64,000 nucleotides of DNA, from the IMG/VR virus record IMGVR_UViG_3300017917_001342, positions 124,001-188,000 of that record; one strand, given 5' to 3'. The number at the start of each line of letters is the position of its first letter. Within the stretch, counting starts at the first letter, position 1. The notes under the pieces are model-generated. The model was not told where the DNA came from. It did not search any database and was given only the letters and a program-made list of their open reading frames with translations. This document shows positions 15,301 through 24,919 of the stretch, in pieces. The position numbers were made by a program, and so were the translations under genes.

Positions 15301-15732
15301 TTACTTAGATTGAAAAGCGTTACAGCAGCCTTTTGCGTCAACTTTTTCGTTTAGATCAAATGCATCTGGCATTTTTTCATTTAGTAGTTTGAATAAGTCG
15401 CAAGCTGAATCTTTGAACCATACACAGTTTTCGCAGCGTACTTGACCTAACACATAGCCAGCTTGTTCCGGAGTCACTGCGCCCGATATAGGTTGATCAT
15501 CATGTGGTTTACCGTGCAGATACAATCCGCAACTTGCATTGGCAACTACTTTGTCATTTTTGCCAAAAATGCCGCAACGTTCTTTAGTTGGTAAAAACAA
15601 TTGGCAGGTACTGCACTGTGCAAATTCGTCTTTATCACCTTTAGGTGGCAAATAGATGAATGCATTCACTGTTAGCTTGTTTGAACCGCTATCAGTAGCT
15701 TCTAACAGATTTATAATACGTCGCATATCCAT
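15301..15732 (-). CDS. Cys-rich protein with two HiPIP-like 4-Cys repeats
   Basis: CSTC..F..RCGIF..VVANASCGLY and CENC..F..ACDLF..VDAKGCCNAF. Confidence 0.6.
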   Translation of the reverse strand: MDMRRIINLLEATDSGSNKLTVNAFIYLPPKGDKDEFAQCSTCQLFLPTKERCGIFGKNDKVVANASCGLYLHGKPHDDQPISGAVTPEQAGYVLGQVRCENCVWFKDSACDLFKLLNEKMPDAFDLNEKVDAKGCCNAFQSK

Positions 15733-15876
15733 AAAGTTATTTATTACCTATAAACCATAGCGTTTGGACGCACAACCATTGGGTATAGTGTAGTCACTAA
15801 GTGGGGCACTTGTGCCGAACAGGGTTCGCGCCTGTTCTTTTTTTCAAAAAAACTGCATTTATTTTAAAAAATGCTG

Positions 15877-15943
15877 TTGACCATGCTGGCAAGAACAGCT
15901 ATGTTATGTGAGTAAGCAAAACAGCTTACACGCTCTTTGACAA
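15877..15943 (+). promoter_or_regulatory. sigma70 promoter + hairpin + rrn-type boxA leader (unit A)
   Basis: TTGACC-17-TATGTT; GTAAGC/GCTTAC; CGCTCTTTGACAA. Confidence 0.6.
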
Positions 15944-15949
15944 GATAGA

Positions 15950-16386
15950 AAACACAATAGACTTGGTAGTGTGAGGAACACGTAAACCCAAGTTGCGTAA
16001 CGTGTGCTGTTACTACCGCGCGGTTCGGGATACTGTAAAGTATTACTCGTATTGCTAATTGTAGCAGCACACACTAAACAGAAACTGGTAGCTATAGCAT
16101 ATTGTTAATGCGCTATGATATCAGAGGAAGACAGTGTGGCGGCTGTCCAGAGCACTAGCTCTGCAAGCACAAATCAGCTAACATGTGTACTGATACTGGA
16201 GAAACCTGTCGATTCAGGTCAATGGCTGTTTCTGTTTTTACTTGCAACCTGCCTATGTGGAATTGCGTGATAATCTGCTGCGTCAGGCCTGAAGGGACAA
16301 TTCCCGCGGCGCAATGGAAGAGCCACATTAGTCAAAACGTTGAGATTGTATCAAGATGCGAGTGGGTTGCAACTAAAAACAGAAAA
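15950..16386 (+). ncRNA. large structured ncRNA, unit A
   Basis: no credible ORF; long stems 16076-16085/16228-16237 and 16229-16249/16365-16385. Confidence 0.5.
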
Positions 16387-16390
16387 GGCA

Positions 16391-16459
16391 TTGACGTAGT
16401 AAATACGCGATGCTACATTAACTACGTAGACGGTAAACAGTTTACAGGTTCTTTGACAA
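16391..16459 (+). promoter_or_regulatory. sigma70 promoter + hairpin + boxA leader (unit B)
   Basis: TTGACG-17-TACATT; GTAAA/TTTAC; GGTTCTTTGACAA. Confidence 0.6.
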
Positions 16460-16469
16460 TTAGGGAATA

Positions 16470-16575
16470 CTAACAGTTGCGGTTGGGGCACAAGTGGTTG
16501 GCCTGAATCCATAAAACTCCTTGGGTGATGCCTGTCGGGAGCAAGCTGAGTTCGAATCTCAGACGCAACTGTTAG
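16470..16575 (+). ncRNA. tRNA-like core on a 12-bp stem, no CCA
   Basis: CTAACAGTTGCG/CGCAACTGTTAG; CTGAG-TTCGAAT-CTCAG. Confidence 0.55.
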
Positions 16576-16584
16576 TTAATAAAC

Positions 16585-16704
16585 AGCAACGCAAGTCTGT
16601 GTAATGCTAAGAGATCGGGGTTCAAATCCCCGGATTGCGGGGAAACCAGGCGAACTAGCTTAACTGGTAAAAGCGATTAGCGTAACAGGTATGCTTGCGT
16701 TGCT
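16585..16704 (+). ncRNA. circularly permuted tRNA-like module 1 (YrlA-type topology)
   Basis: long stem, then GAGAT, T arm, GAAA-capped acceptor-like stem, TAGCTT-AACTGGTA-AAAGC D arm, back into stem. Confidence 0.7.
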
Positions 16705-16712
16705 TTGATAAT

Positions 16713-16829
16713 ACAGGGTGTTGTTTGAATAACACTTGCCGGTGTCACGGGTTCGAGTCCCGTTCGGTCCATTGCGGGTCGATAGCTCAGTTGGTAGAGC
16801 ATGGTGAGAGTATCAAACATTCATCCTGT
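16713..16829 (+). ncRNA. circularly permuted tRNA-like module 2 (YrlA-type topology)
   Basis: GTGTC, ACGGG-TTCGAGT-CCCGT, TCGGTCC-ATTGC-GGGTCGA, TAGCTCAGTTGGTAGAGC. Confidence 0.75.
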
Positions 16830-17376
16830 TGTAAACGACATGGGCCCGAACTAAGTATCGGATAATAAAATAAAAAGGCCATAAGCGCAGCAGCGCAACG
16901 TCTTAAGTGACCATTTGTAGCAGCCTAGGCTACACCGAGGCACATGTTAACTAGCGCAGGGTGACGAACCCGTAAGACGCAAGAATATTGGTACTGCTAC
17001 TTGAAATGCAGCTAAGTCGCTCGAATACGAGAGTAGAGCCACACGCAGGAGGGTCCAACTGAAAGAGAAGGCGCTACCAAGTACACCATCAACTAAGTTG
17101 AATGTTTGTGCGACTTTAGGTAGAGATGCTACCCAGCAGAGTTTGCAAATCTAATGAGCTCGCACTGAAATTGGAATACGGTGTTAAAAGTTGCAATACT
17201 GATTCAAACGTATTAGTATACCCATCTTAATACGTTGGTGTTAATGGCTTGTGGGTAACGGTAACTTAACTTAGCAATAGGTTAGACGCGGAGGGACTAT
17301 CAGCGAAAGCTTGCATACCCATAGATGTGATGCCGGGCTGGCAGGGAGGAATGAGACTCCCACTTTGATAGATTTT

Positions 17377-17453
17377 GGGGGATTAGCTCAATTGGTTAGA
17401 GCGCCGGACTCATAATCCGTAGGTTGCTGGTTCGAGTCCTGCATTCCCTACCA
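17377..17453 (+). tRNA. tRNA-Met(CAT)
   Basis: CGGA-CTCATAA-TCCG. Confidence 0.9.
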
Positions 17454-17476
17454 TGTTTTATTAGTTGGAGAACAAT

Positions 17477-17647
17477 ATGAAAGTTGAAGCAAAAACACTT
17501 GTTGAATTGAAACAAAAAATTCGCAACAAAATGAAATGGCCAGACCGACGTACATGGACTCAACAAGAAACTGAAGAATTTAACTCTAAGTTTACAATTG
17601 AAATGGATCGCGATAGATCCGTATTTTTTGTTAAACCAAAAGAATAA
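17477..17647 (+). CDS. small hypothetical protein
   Basis: GGAG RBS. Confidence 0.55.
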   Translation: MKVEAKTLVELKQKIRNKMKWPDRRTWTQQETEEFNSKFTIEMDRDRSVFFVKPKE

Positions 17648-17650
17648 CAC

Positions 17651-18153
17651 GCCTGCTAGTCAAGAGTAGAAAAGCAATGAGACTAGTAGGTCCTTAGCGG
17701 GATAAACAAAGTAACCTGTGGCGCAGTGCTTGCGAGCATGGATGAAACGTAAGTGTTTAGACTATAACTGATATGCATCTCCTCCTTCCCCGCTAGCTAG
17801 GACGGGTTGGTTGTAGATCTGATGCTGATCGAATGGTTCGAATCCTGGGAGAGCACTGCATATCAGTTTAAATTCTGTTTTCACATGTACTATGTTCTGG
17901 GAACACTTTAACCAGGGTTAGAGTGCTGGGTTCGATTCCCGGGCGGGTTAAATGGGGGTTCGAGTCCCTCAGTAGTACAGTTGAAAGCAGAATTTGCAAT
18001 TCGGTTTCTACCTGCATTAGACAGTGTAAAGGTGCATATACTTTGGGCGAACGTAGTAAGATAGGATGAAGTACAAGTCCCGTATCTGCTAGTAGTTTTT
18101 GGACAAGGTGGGGCCAGTTCGAATCTGGCACTGATGCAGTTAGAAACAGAATT
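17651..18153 (+). ncRNA. ~500-nt structured RNA with several T-loop hairpins
   Basis: long stems at 17766/17857, 17871/17988, 17998/18141; GGTTCGA hairpins at 17926, 17954, 18113. Confidence 0.5.
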
Positions 18154-18155
18154 TT

Positions 18156-18234
18156 TGCGGGGTAGAGAAGTCTGGTCGTTCTCGCCGGGCTCATAACTCG
18201 GAGATCAGTGGTTCAAATCCACTCCCCGCAACCA
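18156..18234 (+). tRNA. tRNA-Met(CAT), initiator-like
   Basis: TGCGGGGTAGAG..., CCGGG-CTCATAA-CTCGG, AACCA. Confidence 0.85.
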
Positions 18235-18573
18235 ATATTATGAGTGTGTAACCCGCGGAGGGTTGAAGATACAAGAAGCTGTTGTATCGAGCGAGGTCAT
18301 TCTTCAGCGCAGACTCACCAATTATAACTAAATGCGGATAGCACCGCTTGCATACTGAGTAAGTATTAGCACGCCGCATATATCCCACCAGAGTGTCGGT
18401 AAACCACGGTAAGGGGAAGGTGCTTGAAGACATTGTATTACGTGTGGCAAATACTAGAGTATTACCTACTCCCACTTATCAGGGAATTACCTGCGCTGTA
18501 CATCTTAGATGATAACGGTTGCAAACACGATAAGACGTAATATAATTAAAACACTTATATAGGATATAATCCA

Positions 18574-18882
18574 ATGATTAAATCAATTATCGTTGTAGCA
18601 TTGCTTGCTGTTGCACCATTGTCTGCAAATGCAAACGAGTTAACAGCAGAACAAGAAAATTTTTGCATTAATATCGGTAAATTATCTGCTATGACTGCAA
18701 CACTTCGTGATACAGGACTCAGTGCATCTGATGTTTTTGGACTGTTATCCGATAAAGGTTTAAACGATAAACTTGCATTTATGGTAGTTAATATTGCATA
18801 TGAAAAAATGCCATATGCTTCACCTGATGCAGTTGCTGGTGTTACTCGCATTGCATGTGTGCAAGCTGTTAAAGAACAATAA
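18574..18882 (+). CDS. secreted hypothetical protein
   Basis: signal peptide ending ANA. Confidence 0.7.
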   Translation: MIKSIIVVALLAVAPLSANANELTAEQENFCINIGKLSAMTATLRDTGLSASDVFGLLSDKGLNDKLAFMVVNIAYEKMPYASPDAVAGVTRIACVQAVKEQ

Positions 18883-18889
18883 CAATTTC

Positions 18890-18966
18890 GGTGCCGTAGT
18901 TCAGATGGTTAGAACGCCTGGCTCATAACTAGGAGGTCGTTGGTTCGATTCCAACCGGCACTACCA
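18890..18966 (+). tRNA. tRNA(CAT), Met or Ile2
   Basis: CCTGG-CTCATAA-CTAGG. Confidence 0.88.
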
Positions 18967-19003
18967 AATAAATATCAAACACTAACACTGCATCGGAGAA
19001 ATT

Positions 19004-19222
19004 GTGTATACTGCAATAATAATGATGTGTTCTATGGATTTGCAGTGTTATACCATTGCAACTGACACTGGATATTTTGAAACCTATGCACAGTGTAAAC
19101 AAGCGATAAAAGAATTGATAACCGGCGAAGATTTTCAAACTACATACATGATTGAAAACGGTGAATACGTTTACTACGTGTACGGCGAACGATGTATAAA
19201 TTGGAATGACGTTGACGTTTAA
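19004..19222 (+). CDS. small Cys-containing hypothetical protein
   Basis: GGAG RBS. Confidence 0.5.
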   Translation: MYTAIIMMCSMDLQCYTIATDTGYFETYAQCKQAIKELITGEDFQTTYMIENGEYVYYVYGERCINWNDVDV

Positions 19223-19281
19223 AATATTTTTTGATATTGCATATATCAGAGATAAGTACTAACATAGTAAAGAGATAGCGT

Positions 19282-19356
19282 TCCCTAGTAGCTCAGGGGC
19301 AGAGCAGCTGACTGTTAATCAGCGGGTCGGTGGTTCGAAACCATCCTGGGGAGCCA
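19282..19356 (+). tRNA. tRNA-Asn(GTT)
   Basis: GCTGA-CTGTTAA-TCAGC. Confidence 0.93.
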
Positions 19357-19729
19357 AAATTTTCAAAAGGCAGTATAGTTTGCACGGATGAGTGTACCAA
19401 TGCAAATCAAACGCTTTGCGTTTTGAATGTTGTAAGTCGCCACATCGAGGTCGGGAAAATAGATGCTTTATATAGGGCCTTGCGGGGCGCTTATGTAGAC
19501 AACCTCTATTTGTAACCTTGGGAACCCGGATACTGAAAAGTGGATGCATACACGTTCCTTTTGATTTTGAATGGTCCGGAATCGCCTCTTAACAATGCGC
19601 ACCATTTATAGCAGGGATTTACCTGTGAACCCCGAGGACGCTCGGGACTACGGACATCCCGGGGTAATAAGCCCCATTTTATTATAAAATTTACACATAT
19701 ATCAAGTATAATTACTTGTAAAATATAGT

Positions 19730-20971
19730 GTGATAATGGATCAATTTTTTCAAAAAACTGTAGGTAGCAATTTTGCATGCGGCTATAAATGGGCATGGAG
19801 TACCATACGGTTACAGACTAGAACAACAAATAGTTGTCATAGAACCGATCAAGACATTATCACACCAGAAACATTTGATTCATTTCATAACACACCAATT
19901 AAATTGCAAACTCGCAAAGCCATGTTAAATGGACAATGGCCGGGTCACGGTTGCGAGTACTGTAAACACATAGAAGATTCTGGTGGCATCAGTGATCGCA
20001 TGTATGCTAATGAACATATACACAACGCTTACATACCTCATGAACTAATAACTAATCCAAAATCGTTAAAAACTACACCCACTATGGTTGAGGTGTATTT
20101 TAGTAATCTTTGCAATATGAGTTGCATTTACTGTAATGAATCATTTAGCACAGTTTGGGAACAAGAAAAACTCAAACACAACGAGCCGATTGCATCTAAT
20201 TTACTGTCGATTAGTTCTGTCGATTACAAAAAAATGACAGACGCATTTTTTACTTGGTTAGATAAAAATATCTATTCGATATTTGAGCTAAACATTTTGG
20301 GCGGCGAACCATTCTTTCAACCAGAACTTGATAGAATGTTAGCATTTATAGAAACGCACCCAAATCCAGATCTAACACTTAAAATATTTTCTAACTTAAA
20401 AGTTCCTACACAAAAGTTTTCTACTATTCTACGTAAATTAGATAGTTTTATCGAATGTAATATAGTCAAACAAGTTGAAATAATAACCAGTATAGACTGT
20501 TGGGGGCCGGAACAAGAATACATACGTACAGGAATTTCTCTTCGTCAATGGGAAGAGAATTTTTCGTACATGGTAAAAAATCATCAAAATATTAACATAC
20601 GAACCCACGGTACCATCACCTGTCTTACCATTAAGACTATATATGGCTTAATTGAAAAAATTAACTTTTACAATAGTTTCAGATCTAACTCTGAGATAAT
20701 TTATTCGTCCGATTTGCTAGTAGAACCAGAGTTCTTACAGTCGGGTATATTCCCATCGGGTTTTTTCGACGATGATTTTGCTGCTATTTTACAAATAGTA
20801 CAAGAAGATTATACAAAAGAGAAAATAACCAATCATTGGTTATCTGTAAACAATCATCAGTATAAACCAGAACTTATTTCAAAACTAAAAGCATTTTTAA
20901 CAACACTTGATATCAGACGCAACACCAACTGGAAATCTACATTTAAATGGCTAGATGAGTTTCAAGTGTAA
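19730..20971 (+). CDS. radical SAM protein (twitch/SPASM-type N-terminus), paralog 1
   Basis: NLCNMSCIYC, GGEPFF, N-terminal C..KW / SCH / CEYC. Confidence 0.88.
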   Translation: MIMDQFFQKTVGSNFACGYKWAWSTIRLQTRTTNSCHRTDQDIITPETFDSFHNTPIKLQTRKAMLNGQWPGHGCEYCKHIEDSGGISDRMYANEHIHNAYIPHELITNPKSLKTTPTMVEVYFSNLCNMSCIYCNESFSTVWEQEKLKHNEPIASNLLSISSVDYKKMTDAFFTWLDKNIYSIFELNILGGEPFFQPELDRMLAFIETHPNPDLTLKIFSNLKVPTQKFSTILRKLDSFIECNIVKQVEIITSIDCWGPEQEYIRTGISLRQWEENFSYMVKNHQNINIRTHGTITCLTIKTIYGLIEKINFYNSFRSNSEIIYSSDLLVEPEFLQSGIFPSGFFDDDFAAILQIVQEDYTKEKITNHWLSVNNHQYKPELISKLKAFLTTLDIRRNTNWKSTFKWLDEFQV

Positions 20972-20973
20972 AC

Positions 20974-22209
20974 ATGGAAAATATGTTTGAAAAATTAACA
21001 GGTTATCGTGCCGGATGTGCAGCTAAATGGAATTGGAGCACAGTTTTTTTAAACCAAGGCACAACTGCTAGCTGCCACAGAACCGATACTGATACTGTAG
21101 ATCATATATCTATACACAATTTTCATAATACCCCGCTAAAGTTGAAAACACGTCAACTGATGCAGCAAGGACAATGGCCAGGGCATGGGTGTGAGTATTG
21201 TAAACATATAGAAAACTCCGGTGGTATCAGCGACAGAATGAATTCAAATTCTCTGTTTAATGGCAAAAAGATTCCGCACGAATTGCTTGTTAATACAGAT
21301 GCAATACACACAACGCCCACGGTACTAGAAATAAATTTTACCAATTTATGTAACATGAGTTGTATATATTGCAGCGAAGGATGGAGTTCTGTATGGGAAC
21401 AGGAAAATATCAAATTCAATGATCGCATTGAACAAGCCCCTAGACTATTAAAAGGCGCAGAGTACGAAAGAATCCTGTTTGAATTCTTTCAATGGTTAGA
21501 CACAAACGTCGAACATTTGTCAGACCTACACATATTAGGTGGGGAACCATTTATTATGCCAGAATTTGACAAAACCGTCGAGTTTCTAAAAACACGCAAG
21601 TTGCCAGATTTGAATTTGGTAGTAATTACCAATTTGAAAATAACCAGAGACAAGCTAACTCAACACCTGTCGGTATTGAATTCGCTATTAGACAACAATG
21701 CCATTGGATCTGTAAGAATAGTTGCTAGTTTAGATTGTTGGGGACCGGAACAAGAGTATATACGTACTGGATTGTCCTTGCAGCAATGGGAAGACAACTT
21801 TGCATTTATAGTAAAAAACTATCGTAACATAGACATCAATGTACACAGTACAATCACAGGTCTTTCTATAAAGACCACCGACAGTTTAATAGACAAAATC
21901 AACTATTACAGGACATTGCTAGATAACAATAAAAACATTATTCATTCTAAGAATTTTGTTACAGGCTTTAGTTACTTGAGTCCAAAAATTTACCCTTATG
22001 GTTTTTTTGATAGCGATTTTGAAAAAATATTGACCAAAATAACTGATAGTTATGAGCTAGAAGAAATGAAAGGCTATAAATTATCAATTGATAACGAGCC
22101 ATATAACCCAGCTCTAATAGAAGATTTAAAACGATATCTAGATAAATTGGATTTTAGAAGAAACACAAATTGGCGTAACTATTTTTCATGGTTAGACGAG
22201 TTTAATTAA
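20974..22209 (+). CDS. radical SAM protein, paralog 2
   Basis: NLCNMSCIYC, GGEPF. Confidence 0.88.
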   Translation: MENMFEKLTGYRAGCAAKWNWSTVFLNQGTTASCHRTDTDTVDHISIHNFHNTPLKLKTRQLMQQGQWPGHGCEYCKHIENSGGISDRMNSNSLFNGKKIPHELLVNTDAIHTTPTVLEINFTNLCNMSCIYCSEGWSSVWEQENIKFNDRIEQAPRLLKGAEYERILFEFFQWLDTNVEHLSDLHILGGEPFIMPEFDKTVEFLKTRKLPDLNLVVITNLKITRDKLTQHLSVLNSLLDNNAIGSVRIVASLDCWGPEQEYIRTGLSLQQWEDNFAFIVKNYRNIDINVHSTITGLSIKTTDSLIDKINYYRTLLDNNKNIIHSKNFVTGFSYLSPKIYPYGFFDSDFEKILTKITDSYELEEMKGYKLSIDNEPYNPALIEDLKRYLDKLDFRRNTNWRNYFSWLDEFN

Positions 22210-22210
22210 A

Positions 22211-23461
22211 ATGGAAGATCAGTTTTCAAAACTCACCAATGGAAAATTTGGATGTGGTTACAAATGGGCATGGAGCACAATTTTTTTACAGCAAGGGTCT
22301 AGCTCTAGTTGTCATCGTACTATGCAGGACTTTTTTGATGAACAAACTGTGCAACAGTTTCATAACTCTCCATTGAAGCTGCAAAGTCGTAAAGCCATGT
22401 TAGATGGTCAATGGCCGGGGCATGGTTGTGAATACTGCAAAAATATAGAGGCTGCTGGCGGTATTAGTGATAGACAACAAATAAACAAAAAATTTCAAGG
22501 TCTTATTGTACCTAAAGAACTGTTAACTGATTCTACTGCAATCAATGTATCGCCTACTATGATTGAATTGCATTTTAGTAATTTGTGTAATATGAGTTGC
22601 ATATATTGTAACCAACGATTCAGTTCGGTATGGGAACAAGAAAATTTAAAGCACGGCAACATATTTGCAGATACCGAATTTCTATTAAATCACAGTGCAA
22701 CCGGTCGTATGATAGATTCATTTTTTGATTGGCTGCACTACAATATAGGCAATTTAGTTAAAATTAACATACTTGGTGGTGAACCATTTTATCAATCTGA
22801 GTTTTATAGATTTATAGATTTCTTAGCCGAGCATCCAAATCCAAATTTAGACATTACTGTGTTTTCTAATTTAAAAGTTAATGAAAATAAATTTTCATCG
22901 GCATTGAAACGATTAGAAACTTTTGTAAAATCCAACATTGTCAAAAGTGTAGAAATAGTTGCTAGTTTAGATTGTTGGGGACCTGAACAAGAATACGTTA
23001 GAACTGGGCTGTCTTTACAACAATGGGAAGATAATTTTGCACTGTTGGTAAACAATTTTCAAGATATTGAAGTACAAATTCATGGCACAATATCAAGTTT
23101 GACTATTAAAACTATCCCAGATCTACTCAACAAGATTAATTTTTACAATAGTATGCGTAGTAAACACCCAATAAGTTACTCTAATAACATACTAGTGCAT
23201 CCAAATTGCTTACAACCTGGTATATTTCCTTTGGGGTTTTTTGATGATGATTTCAACAAAATACTGCCTCTTATACAAAATCAAGCAGAACACGATGAAA
23301 TGCAAGGCTATTTCAAAACCATTAACAATACAGACTACAATCCTCAATTGATAATTGAATTGAAACAATACCTAGACACGTTGGATATCAGACGACACAC
23401 AAATTGGAAAACAGTGTTTCCATGGTTAGATCAGTTCGATGTTGACAAACATCACAGTTAG
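22211..23461 (+). CDS. radical SAM protein, paralog 3
   Basis: NLCNMSCIYC, GGEPFY. Confidence 0.88.
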   Translation: MEDQFSKLTNGKFGCGYKWAWSTIFLQQGSSSSCHRTMQDFFDEQTVQQFHNSPLKLQSRKAMLDGQWPGHGCEYCKNIEAAGGISDRQQINKKFQGLIVPKELLTDSTAINVSPTMIELHFSNLCNMSCIYCNQRFSSVWEQENLKHGNIFADTEFLLNHSATGRMIDSFFDWLHYNIGNLVKINILGGEPFYQSEFYRFIDFLAEHPNPNLDITVFSNLKVNENKFSSALKRLETFVKSNIVKSVEIVASLDCWGPEQEYVRTGLSLQQWEDNFALLVNNFQDIEVQIHGTISSLTIKTIPDLLNKINFYNSMRSKHPISYSNNILVHPNCLQPGIFPLGFFDDDFNKILPLIQNQAEHDEMQGYFKTINNTDYNPQLIIELKQYLDTLDIRRHTNWKTVFPWLDQFDVDKHHS

Positions 23462-23491
23462 TGATAGTATCACTGTAGAAAGGGCTGTGTT

Positions 23492-23971
23492 ATGAATGAC
23501 GATTATTACAAGTTGCGAGCAGAAGCTGTAACACGAGAACATATTCAACGTGTAGCAGAGCTACTTGGCAAATGTGCAACAGAATTAATTGCTCGTGGAG
23601 TAAACCACGACAAATCTAAACTAGAAGATCCGGAATTGCCAATTCTAGCAACTGTACAAGAAATTGTTGATAAAAATGGCTATTCTGAATATGGATCACC
23701 AGAATACTACGAAGTAATGCGTATTCTAAAACCTATGCATGAACATCATTATGCAAACAATAGGCATCATCCCGAATATTACCCAGATGGTGTAAACGGA
23801 ATGACACTGTTCGACCTTATTGAAATGTTTATAGATTGGAAAGCTGCTAGTGATCGCGCAAATGATCCACTAATGCACATTAGTCATTCTACAAAACGCT
23901 ACGGTATCGACACACAACTAGCTACGATACTGCGTAACACTGCTGATTATTTAGATTTTAAACACAACTGA
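23492..23971 (+). CDS. DUF5662-like HD-type protein
   Basis: HDKSK, HHYANNRHHPEYY, DLIEMFIDW. Confidence 0.7.
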   Translation: MNDDYYKLRAEAVTREHIQRVAELLGKCATELIARGVNHDKSKLEDPELPILATVQEIVDKNGYSEYGSPEYYEVMRILKPMHEHHYANNRHHPEYYPDGVNGMTLFDLIEMFIDWKAASDRANDPLMHISHSTKRYGIDTQLATILRNTADYLDFKHN

Positions 23972-24056
23972 AACAACTTGATTTTTTCCTAAGTGTGTGT
24001 TAAATATATAAAGTGCGGTATAGATCCGTACTACACACACAGAGAAAGTTATTAAA

Positions 24057-24380
24057 ATGAATACACCAGATTATCAAAAAATGGCCAATGATGTTGCAGA
24101 AACTGTAAAAGCTGCATTGGTTCCTGAAATTAAATTCAGCAAAAACGGCTATGAAATCCGTAGCGACATTCTCAAAGAAGCCAAGGACTTGGTTGCTCAA
24201 GACTTCCACATGAAATGGCAAGGTTGGGAACTTACTGCGAAACGTGACGAAAAAACTGGTCAAATTGTTACAGCAGTTGGCATGCCTGAGTTTCCAGGAC
24301 TTGATAAGGTTCTAGAAACTGCTGAAAAAATGTACGAGTTTGTTAACTACGGCAAGCGCCGCGAAGATAACAAAAAGTAA
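24057..24380 (+). CDS. hypothetical phage protein
   Basis: SKNGYEIRSDIL motif; terminator hairpin follows. Confidence 0.7.
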   Translation: MNTPDYQKMANDVAETVKAALVPEIKFSKNGYEIRSDILKEAKDLVAQDFHMKWQGWELTAKRDEKTGQIVTAVGMPEFPGLDKVLETAEKMYEFVNYGKRREDNKK

Positions 24381-24426
24381 TATCAACTGTAGTGGGCGTA
24401 ACTGCCCACTACACTTTAACAAATTT

Positions 24427-24446
24427 GGTTCCTTAGCTCAGCTGGA
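24427..24446 (+). pseudogene. 5' fragment of a disrupted tRNA-Arg
   Basis: GGTTCCTTAGCTCAGCTGGA; its acceptor strand pairs with AGGGACC of the fragment at 24915-24957. Confidence 0.7.
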
Positions 24447-24463
24447 ACAGGAAAACATATGCT

Positions 24464-24540
24464 GGTTCCGTAGCTCAGTTGGATAGAGCAGGGAACTTCT
24501 AATTCCAAGGTCGAGGGTTCGAATCCTTCCGGGACCGCCA
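24464..24540 (+). tRNA. tRNA-Arg(TCT)
   Basis: GGAA-CTTCTAA-TTCC, GCCA. Confidence 0.92.
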
Positions 24541-24586
24541 TATGTTTTCCATTGGTTAGAGATAAATACTCTAACCAGGAGCAATA

Positions 24587-24919
24587 ATGACATCATTCAC
24601 TTGTAGAACATGCGGCATAGAAGGTGAAGAAAACTTCTATAAAACTGCAAAGTATCAATGCAAGAAGTGCTGGAATCAGCGCACTTACAAAACAGGCATT
24701 GACAAGATCAATAAACTTAAATCTGAACTAGGCGGATGCTGTGCGCGATGCGGTTACGATAAGTATCTAGGCGCACTTGAGTTCCACCATTTGGATCCCA
24801 CAGTAAAAGAATTTGCACTAGGACACAAGAGGGGGCTGTCTGAAGAAGCACTTCGAAAAGAGATTAACAAGTGCATCCTACTGTGTGCGAACTGTCATAG
24901 AGAAGAACATCAAGTCTAA
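24587..24919 (+). mobile_element. HNH endonuclease inserted in a tRNA-Arg gene
   Basis: CARCGY..ALEFHH..LLCANCHREEH; stop codon lies in the TCTAA anticodon loop of the orphan 3' tRNA half. Confidence 0.8.

Noticed and set aside
17016-17040. Sarcin-ricin loop mimic (TAC-GAGA-GTA)
   Set aside because: It has a GAGA loop but lacks the AGUA/GAA bulged-G motif, and it is part of the variable hairpin of the two-copy motif.
18241-18320. CCA-ended cloverleaf-like fold (TGAGT/ACTCA-CCA)
   Set aside because: There is no T-loop consensus and the acceptor is irregular; it may be real but support is too weak to call.
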